A DNA stretch of 12,483 nt from a virus (Duplodnaviria; Heunggongvirae; Uroviricota; Caudoviricetes). The translations under genes and the position numbers were made by a program. How positions within the stretch are numbered: the stretch's first letter is position 1; each line of letters opens with the position of its first letter. Below are positions 7,549 through 12,483 of the stretch, piece by piece. The stretch is from IMG/VR virus record IMGVR_UViG_2636415477_000012; one strand, given 5' to 3'. The notes under the pieces are model-generated. The model made no database searches. It saw only the letters and a program-made list of their open reading frames with translations, and had not been told where the DNA came from.

Positions 7549-9678
7549 TCATTCTTCCTCTGGATAGCTTGAACTTAAGAGCATATCCTGCGTGAACTGG
7601 TCATTAGCCGATTGACTGAAATTAAAGAAAGCTGGTTCATCCGGTCTAACAGTTGCTTCACCAGTGATATTAACTGACAAGGGCTTCTTAGCTTCTACTG
7701 TTAAAGCATCAACCTTGCGTGATAGTTCACTAATAGTCATTGCAAGTTGAGCATTGCTATTAACCATGTCACCTGTGATAGCTGGTGTAGTTGATTGTGT
7801 GTTATTAACAAGGTTACTCATTGGCTCTTGGAAGTTAGCAATTTTATTAGCTGCACCATTAAACCAGTCAGCGATAGAACTACCAATCTTAGCCCATCCA
7901 TCATTAATTTGGTTTGGTGTAGAATCGCCTTTGTATTCAGGGTTGAAGTTTGTCTCTGTTCCAATACCTGATTGATGTAAGTTCGGATTCTTAGCTGCTT
8001 CAGGGTTTAAATTATCAAGAGCAAAGTTTACCAACTCAGCATAAAGGACAACTCTACCGACTTTACTTAGCGCACCACCTGAAGAACCAGCCTTGCCAGC
8101 TTTAGCTTTATTAACAGCGTCACCGAATGAAGTAACAGCGTTTGCAAGGTTTAACAAGCCTCCTGCTACATTTGCAGCCTTTTGAGCAGTAACAGCTACG
8201 GCAAGCATCTTCAAACCATCAATTAACCCATCAGATAAACCATCAACAATTTTTTTCTGAGTGTCATTTAGTGAACGGTAAGCTAATGTCACCTCATCGA
8301 AGAACGCTCTTACCCTGTAACTGATATCAGTCAGGCTATCCACACCACTTGACATAGAAGTCATGAGACTACCAAGAGATTCACCAAGACTCTTACCGCT
8401 TCCACCTAAACTGTTTAAAAGCGTTGTTAGGCTTCTTGTAAAATCTTGCAGACCATTTTCAGAACCTCTAAAAATATCCGTTAATGAGTTATTCCAGGTA
8501 TTCTTTAAGTTCCCTAACATTGTCTGCGTAGAGTCCTGAATAGCTTTCCAGCCACCTCTGGAATTAATCTGTGAACCAAGTTCTTTAGCAAATTTAGGAA
8601 GTGCATCAGAGGCTTTAACATCACCATTTTTCATCTTATCGAAAAGCTGTTTTTCAGTCAGACCTAAAGCCTTTGCAAATGCCTGAGTAGCACCCGGTAA
8701 AGCTTCAGATAGTTGCCCCTTCAACTCCTCAGCCATCACCTGACCCTTAGAAGCCATCTGTGACACTGCGGTTAATGCTCTTTGAATCTGCTCATCTGAA
8801 CGACCCATTAAACGAGCATAACCTGTAAGGTTTTTAAATAACTCTTCTGACCCTTCAAGACCCATCGTAGTCGTTGCACTTGCACCAAATGAAGCAAATT
8901 GCGCTTGTGTTTCGGTTGTGTCCATACCAGTAATTTTAGTTAAATCTTGAATGAACTTTTTAACCTGTGTACTTTGGTCACCGAATACGAAATCAATACT
9001 TCTTTCCGATGATGCACGCTGTAAACCAACTTCCATTACTCGCTGATAAGCGGATAGTACAGCCTGAAAGCTGATAAATGCACCTGCTGTTTTCACTGCT
9101 ACTGAACTTAAATTATCAAGAGAACTAGCTGCTTTGTCACTATTAATGCTGGTGGATGTATGACCTCTGGCTTTAGCAATTGCTTCTCGTACACTTGAAT
9201 TTAGTTTAGCAAGGGCTTCATTAAATTTTGAATTATCCATTGACCCAGCTTTAGCAGATAGCCCGTAAAACTGACTCTTAATGTATTTCTCGACAATTGG
9301 GTTAAGACCTTTTAGCTTAGACATATTCGCTGAATAAGCTGCTGTGATTGCTCTGTTGCCGCTAATTCGTGGCTGTCTTGGCTGTCTAAGTGGCTTTAAA
9401 GTATCCTCAATTTCCGTTTTAATCTTAAACGCTCTAGTGTTTTTAAGACGCTGCTCAATCTTGTCAAAGGTCTTATTAAACTTCCTTTCAAGTTGCCCTA
9501 AAGAACTTGTCAGATTGCTGTCAAGTTGCTTGGTATCGACCTTAAACGCTCTATTCAAATTACGTTCAATTCTTTGTGCTGACTGCAAAGCTGCCTTTTC
9601 AACTCTTTGCAAGCCCTTAATAACGTTCTCGCTGAAGCCTAGCTCAACGATAAAACTATCAACTGTGAATTTGCTCAT
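7549..9678 (-). CDS. Tape-measure-domain protein (709 aa), phage tail tape-measure-like
   Basis: ATG at 9678 with AAGAGGTGA Shine-Dalgarno and an in-frame stop immediately upstream. Segment ELKGQLSEALPGATQAFAKALGLTEKQLFDKMKNGDVKASDALPKFAKELG matches the pattern of phage tape-measure domains as I recall it. Long helical, Gly/Ser/Ala-rich regions (GSGKSLGESLGSL, AGKAGSSGGALSKVG). Confidence 0.7.
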   Translation of the reverse strand: MSKFTVDSFIVELGFSENVIKGLQRVEKAALQSAQRIERNLNRAFKVDTKQLDSNLTSSLGQLERKFNKTFDKIEQRLKNTRAFKIKTEIEDTLKPLRQPRQPRISGNRAITAAYSANMSKLKGLNPIVEKYIKSQFYGLSAKAGSMDNSKFNEALAKLNSSVREAIAKARGHTSTSINSDKAASSLDNLSSVAVKTAGAFISFQAVLSAYQRVMEVGLQRASSERSIDFVFGDQSTQVKKFIQDLTKITGMDTTETQAQFASFGASATTTMGLEGSEELFKNLTGYARLMGRSDEQIQRALTAVSQMASKGQVMAEELKGQLSEALPGATQAFAKALGLTEKQLFDKMKNGDVKASDALPKFAKELGSQINSRGGWKAIQDSTQTMLGNLKNTWNNSLTDIFRGSENGLQDFTRSLTTLLNSLGGSGKSLGESLGSLMTSMSSGVDSLTDISYRVRAFFDEVTLAYRSLNDTQKKIVDGLSDGLIDGLKMLAVAVTAQKAANVAGGLLNLANAVTSFGDAVNKAKAGKAGSSGGALSKVGRVVLYAELVNFALDNLNPEAAKNPNLHQSGIGTETNFNPEYKGDSTPNQINDGWAKIGSSIADWFNGAANKIANFQEPMSNLVNNTQSTTPAITGDMVNSNAQLAMTISELSRKVDALTVEAKKPLSVNITGEATVRPDEPAFFNFSQSANDQFTQDMLLSSSYPEEE

Positions 9679-9690
9679 TCATATTTTTCA

Positions 9691-9766
9691 CCTCTTTAAG
9701 CGTGAGCTACGTAAATTCTATTTTTCAGTGTGGATATTAGCTTTACAGATTTCATGTAGCACACAT
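9691..9766. repeat. Copy 2 of the ~75-bp conserved intergenic direct repeat, immediately upstream of the tape-measure-domain gene
   Basis: Same orientation as copy 1. Its promoter-distal end supplies the Shine-Dalgarno (cttaaagagg on the - strand) 12 bp before the ATG at 9678. Confidence 0.85.
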
Positions 9767-9768
9767 AC

Positions 9769-9809
9769 AAAAAAAGGAGAAACTACCGATGTCACTCGAT
9801 AATCTCTCC
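9769..9809 (-). terminator. Candidate intrinsic terminator after the 71-aa gene
   Basis: On the - strand: stem GGAGAGA / TTTCTCC (one mismatch; + strand arms 9776-9782 and 9803-9809), ~20-nt loop, followed by seven T (A-run 9769-9775 on +). The loop is large, so it is weak. Confidence 0.35.
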
Positions 9810-9859
9810 CCGTACTATAGATTCGATAGAACCTATCTCATACACCCAACCAATCTTTT

Positions 9860-10075
9860 TTAATGCCTGACAAGATAATGTAGTTCCGTTTCACCTATGA
9901 TTTGAGCATCAGAAGGGATACGGTCAATACACCATTTTGGAATCTTGCGTGTTTTTGGTTTGCGTGAGGTGATAATTTGATGTTTGGTTTTAATTCTTAA
10001 GGCTGGCTTAGTTTGTAACTTTAAGTTTTCACAAACAGACTTAATAGTTTCATAGCGTTCTGTTAAATCAATCAT
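9860..10075 (-). CDS. Hypothetical small basic protein (71 aa)
   Basis: ORF-track entry; ATG at 10075 with GAGGTGA Shine-Dalgarno 4 nt upstream; Lys/Arg-rich; 22 bp after the stop of the upstream gene. Confidence 0.5.
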   Translation of the reverse strand: MIDLTERYETIKSVCENLKLQTKPALRIKTKHQIITSRKPKTRKIPKWCIDRIPSDAQIIGETELHYLVRH

Positions 10076-10097
10076 TCATCACCTCACATATGCATAA

Positions 10098-10802
10098 TTA
10101 AACAGCCTTGCTAAATTCTCGTGGAACACTCAGAAAATCATTGAAGCTGATAATCTGTGCCAACTCTTGACGGTACTCCTTAGCCAGCGCTTGATGGTCA
10201 CTAATCAGCTTAGCCAGTCTTGATTTCAGCAAATTAATCTCATTTTCTCTTGCTTTCATCAGTTTCTCTTTGGCAATTTCTTCAAGCTCAGCTTGTGATT
10301 TATCAGCAACAATTAGAGACAGTCGATGTGGTGCTCTGACAGCTCTTTCGGTGCGAACAACTCTTTGACCTTCTGGTAAATCTGCAATCACTTTACCAAT
10401 CTCTACAGGGTCATACCCCCAACCGTCACGGTCTAGTCGAGAGAAATAAGCATAAGGATTGGTTTGAAGCTCCATCAAAATAGCCATTTCGTCAATTTCG
10501 TCTTCAAGCTTGGACTGAATTTTCTCGTAAACACTTCTCATTGCTTCTTGAGAGTCTTTAATAGCTTGGAAATATCGGCGTTGTAGCTTCAACTTCAAAT
10601 CAAGCTCACATTCCTCATTCATCGAAAAATCAATTTCAACTCTTGGAATCTCGAGTGGTTCTGGTGGAATATATGGACCTTTATTTACTTCGTGTGATTC
10701 CCGCCAAGCTCTATCAAAAGATTCACGCAAAGTTAATTCGTGAATATCAAGTGCACTTGGTTTGTTTTCGATAATCATTTCATGTTCATCACGGATAGAC
10801 AT
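10098..10802 (-). CDS. Hypothetical acidic coiled-coil protein (234 aa)
   Basis: ORF-track entry; ATG at 10802 with GAGGAAAA Shine-Dalgarno; Glu/Asp-rich helical sequence; no recognisable motif. Confidence 0.65.
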   Translation of the reverse strand: MSIRDEHEMIIENKPSALDIHELTLRESFDRAWRESHEVNKGPYIPPEPLEIPRVEIDFSMNEECELDLKLKLQRRYFQAIKDSQEAMRSVYEKIQSKLEDEIDEMAILMELQTNPYAYFSRLDRDGWGYDPVEIGKVIADLPEGQRVVRTERAVRAPHRLSLIVADKSQAELEEIAKEKLMKARENEINLLKSRLAKLISDHQALAKEYRQELAQIISFNDFLSVPREFSKAV

Positions 10803-10919
10803 TATTATTTTTCCTCTTCTAAGATAATTTATGTTTCAGTTTTTAAAAAGCACACCTGACAGCCTACGAACTTAGAAGAGACTTAAAAGGCGTTTGCCAA
10901 GTATGCTTTTTAAAAGCTG

Positions 10920-10964
10920 AAAAAAGCCCTAAACATAGGTTCATCCTTATCTGTAAAGGGCTTT
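10920..10964 (-). terminator. Hairpin followed by a T-run (terminator-like or structured RNA)
   Basis: Stem AAAGCCCT (10923-10930) / AGGGCTTT (10957-10964), 26-nt loop; on the - strand the 3' arm is followed by TTT then CAGC (run of six T counting the stem). Confidence 0.3.
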
Positions 10965-11024
10965 GAAGGTTTGCTTATAACGTTAACGAAGTTTCAGGAA
11001 AAACTTTCTTTAAAAGCTCTGTTT

Positions 11025-11062
11025 AAAAACTCTTAAAGAAAGCCCTAACTCATGATTAGGGC
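11025..11062 (-). terminator. Candidate intrinsic terminator downstream of the HNH/HTH/107-aa operon
   Basis: Stem GCCCTAA (11042-11048) / TTAGGGC (11056-11062), 7-nt loop; on the - strand it is followed by TTTCTTTAAGAGTTTTT. Confidence 0.4.
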
Positions 11063-11286
11063 AAAGCTGTAAGGGTTCAATAATGAATGATTAAGCACTT
11101 TTTGATATATAGCCTATCTAGTGGGCTAAATAGGCCATGTAGCGAAAAGCATTGCACCTTTCAGAATAACTATCCCTAGATGTAGATGGAATTGTTGAAA
11201 GAAATAAGAGAGAATTGCTCTCCCATACTTAAAATTATGACATATTTAAGGTTATTTGTCAACAGCTTTTTAACAGATTGGTAACA

Positions 11287-11364
11287 TTAATTCTTATTTA
11301 CCGTGTTACCTACCCAGCAACCAACAAATAAACCCAAAGCTGTCCAAGCAATTATTAAGCCCAT
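11287..11364 (-). CDS. Possible 25-aa hydrophobic peptide (MGLIIAWTALGLFVGCWVGNTVNKN)
   Basis: I translated it by hand. Its ATG overlaps the TAA stop of the upstream 107-aa gene (TAATG). Single predicted transmembrane-like stretch. No other support. Confidence 0.25.
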   Translation of the reverse strand: MGLIIAWTALGLFVGCWVGNTVNKN

Positions 11365-11687
11365 TAATGCACCACCTTCGAATCCGTAACCAAAATATTG
11401 TCAGCGTACAAAATTGCTATAGCTGCCTTGAGATATTTTTCAGGGCTAACGCTGTATTTGTTCGTTTGCTCGATAACCAATCTTTTCATGTTGCTGTCTT
11501 TAATTGGTAGCATCATTCGAGGCTCGTTAAACTCCACCGAGTGAATAAAGTCAGAGATGCTTTCCGCATTATCAGCCATTAACTCTAACAACTTATCAAA
11601 GTCAATGCTAACACCTACATCAGTGAAAGCCTGAATCATCATAGCGGTGTCGTTATCAACGAAAATTTGCATTGGGTGATTATTCAT
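11364..11687 (-). CDS. Hypothetical acidic protein (107 aa)
   Basis: ORF-track entry; ATG at 11687 with AGAGGAA Shine-Dalgarno about 8 nt upstream. Confidence 0.6.
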   Translation of the reverse strand: MNNHPMQIFVDNDTAMMIQAFTDVGVSIDFDKLLELMADNAESISDFIHSVEFNEPRMMLPIKDSNMKRLVIEQTNKYSVSPEKYLKAAIAILYADNILVTDSKVVH

Positions 11688-11765
11688 TTTTAAATTCCTC
11701 TAAAACACATCTTAAATCTGCCAAAATAGCCATTCTGAGGCCAGTAACCATGCGGGTTACAGAGG

Positions 11766-11812
11766 GAGTGAGACACCTTAGTAATAGGGTAGCTCATCTT
11801 TGAGTCTCACTC
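11766..11812. promoter_or_regulatory. 9-bp inverted repeat in the 137-bp intergenic region (possible operator or RNA structure)
   Basis: GAGTGAGAC (11766-11774) and its exact reverse complement GTCTCACTC (11804-11812), 29-bp spacer; no T-run follows, so not scored as a terminator. Confidence 0.3.
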
Positions 11813-11824
11813 ATTCTCACAGGC

Positions 11825-12211
11825 TTACACAGACGCTTTAATCTTGTAGTATTGACTACGTGATAAGCCGTATTTCTCAGAAATATAACTTTGTGATTGT
11901 CCTTTGGTGATTGCATCAATGATTAAATCTTTATTGTATCTGTTGCCATTGGTTTTGTGCTTGTCACCACTTTTAATAGAGTTGAAATTCTCAATTAATT
12001 TAATGGCGTCTTTAAGGTCGTCTTCGTAAGCATAATCAAAACCCCTGATAAACTCGAAATCACCATTATCTTTTTGTGCTTCAGCCCAGATATCAAATCT
12101 TGAGGCTAATTGCTGGTGGGTAAACTTGGGTTTATTGGTTTGTGTTACGTCCCTCCAGATTCTACCGTCAAATCTTACCAAATGGTCACGATGTTTATAA
12201 AAGTCATACAT
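11825..12211 (-). CDS. Hypothetical protein (128 aa from the ATG at 12211) with a C-terminal helix-turn-helix
   Basis: The ORF-track entry starts at a TTG (12244). I prefer the ATG at 12209-12211, which overlaps the upstream TAA (TAATG) and has GGAGG 5 nt upstream. C-terminal DLIIDAITKGQSQSYISEKYGLSRSQYYKIK resembles resolvase/transposase-type helix-turn-helix. Confidence 0.6.
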   Translation of the reverse strand: MYDFYKHRDHLVRFDGRIWRDVTQTNKPKFTHQQLASRFDIWAEAQKDNGDFEFIRGFDYAYEDDLKDAIKLIENFNSIKSGDKHKTNGNRYNKDLIIDAITKGQSQSYISEKYGLSRSQYYKIKASV

Positions 12212-12483
12212 TAAACCTCCTGTAGTAAGTTGTTTGGGTGGCAATTTCTTTTATTACCATCCTTGAAGATAATCTTTTTAGTTGCCTGAACTTCATGATG
12301 CAAAAACCAGATGACATACTTCAGATAATAATCACGAGTGCCATAACGAATCATTGGATTACCGTAAGCATCATCTCTTGTCTTAACCTCTCCGCCATCA
12401 ATCCATTCAAGCATTCCTGTTTCGTAATTAATCATGAAGTAAGTTGCAAAGAACCGTTTAATATCATCTCGCCATTGCTTCAT
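12211..12483 (-). CDS. HNH-endonuclease-like protein (HNH_3-type pattern); possibly 5'-partial at the window edge
   Basis: YGTRDYYLKYVIWFLHHE...IIFKDGNKRNCHPNNLL resembles the H...DGNK.NN..NL pattern of phage HNH endonucleases, but the usual His before DGN is replaced (FKD), so it may be degenerate. ORF starts at an ATG at the last base of the window. Confidence 0.45.
   Translation of the reverse strand: MKQWRDDIKRFFATYFMINYETGMLEWIDGGEVKTRDDAYGNPMIRYGTRDYYLKYVIWFLHHEVQATKKIIFKDGNKRNCHPNNLLQEV

Noticed and set aside
7461-9766. The two ~75-bp copies as a template/variable-repeat pair of a diversity-generating retroelement
   Set aside because: Both copies are non-coding, there is no reverse-transcriptase gene, and the mismatches are not adenine-specific.
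7461-9766. The ~75-bp copies as integron attC sites bounding a cassette
   Set aside because: No GTTRRRY / RYYYAAC core sites at the ends and no integron integrase; the tyrosine Int here is lambdoid-type.
6988-9802. + strand ORFs antisense to the 257-aa and tape-measure genes (6988-7251, 7754-7975, 9344-9802)
   Set aside because: Antisense to long, well-supported - strand genes; the last one also runs through the conserved intergenic repeat.
9789-9863. 24-codon + strand ORF preceded by an AGGAGA Shine-Dalgarno-like sequence
   Set aside because: The apparent Shine-Dalgarno and upstream A-run are better explained as the reverse complement of the terminator stem and T-tract that follow the - strand 71-aa gene.
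11371-11390. TTCGAATCC, a tRNA T-loop-like motif
   Set aside because: The flanking 5 nt cannot form a T-stem (ccacc versus ccgta) on either strand, and it lies inside the 107-aa coding sequence; not a tRNA.
11825-12483. The HNH-like and 128-aa ORFs as one gene broken by a frameshift
   Set aside because: The junction is a clean TAATG stop/start overlap with a GGAGG Shine-Dalgarno 5 nt upstream of the ATG, which indicates two coupled genes rather than a frameshifted pseudogene.
1-12483. CRISPR array or rRNA genes
   Set aside because: No regularly spaced short direct repeats with unique spacers and no rRNA-like conserved segments were seen anywhere in the window.

Overview
This window is a mosaic junction of mobile DNA, annotated by eye from the sequence and the supplied ORF track; no searches were run, so all family assignments are motif-based. 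Positions 1-2007 (+ strand) look like the integrase-proximal end of a lambdoid-type prophage: small ORFs, an excisionase-like gene and a tyrosine integrase. Positions 2019-2435 are an internal fragment of a DUF72/yecE-like chromosomal gene, truncated at both ends. Positions 2488-6597 hold a large serine recombinase gene interrupted by a ~2.5-kb IS21-family element (istA/istB), with a recombinase-like C-terminal remnant downstream. Positions 6612-12483 (all - strand, visibly more AT-rich) carry uncharacterised genes including a tape-measure-domain protein; two adjacent genes are each preceded by a ~75-bp conserved direct repeat, which is the most interesting unexplained signal. This part also contains a ~480-bp structured non-coding region, a possible 25-aa hydrophobic peptide gene, and a translationally coupled HNH-like/HTH gene pair at the window edge. 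I found no rRNA, tRNA or CRISPR array.
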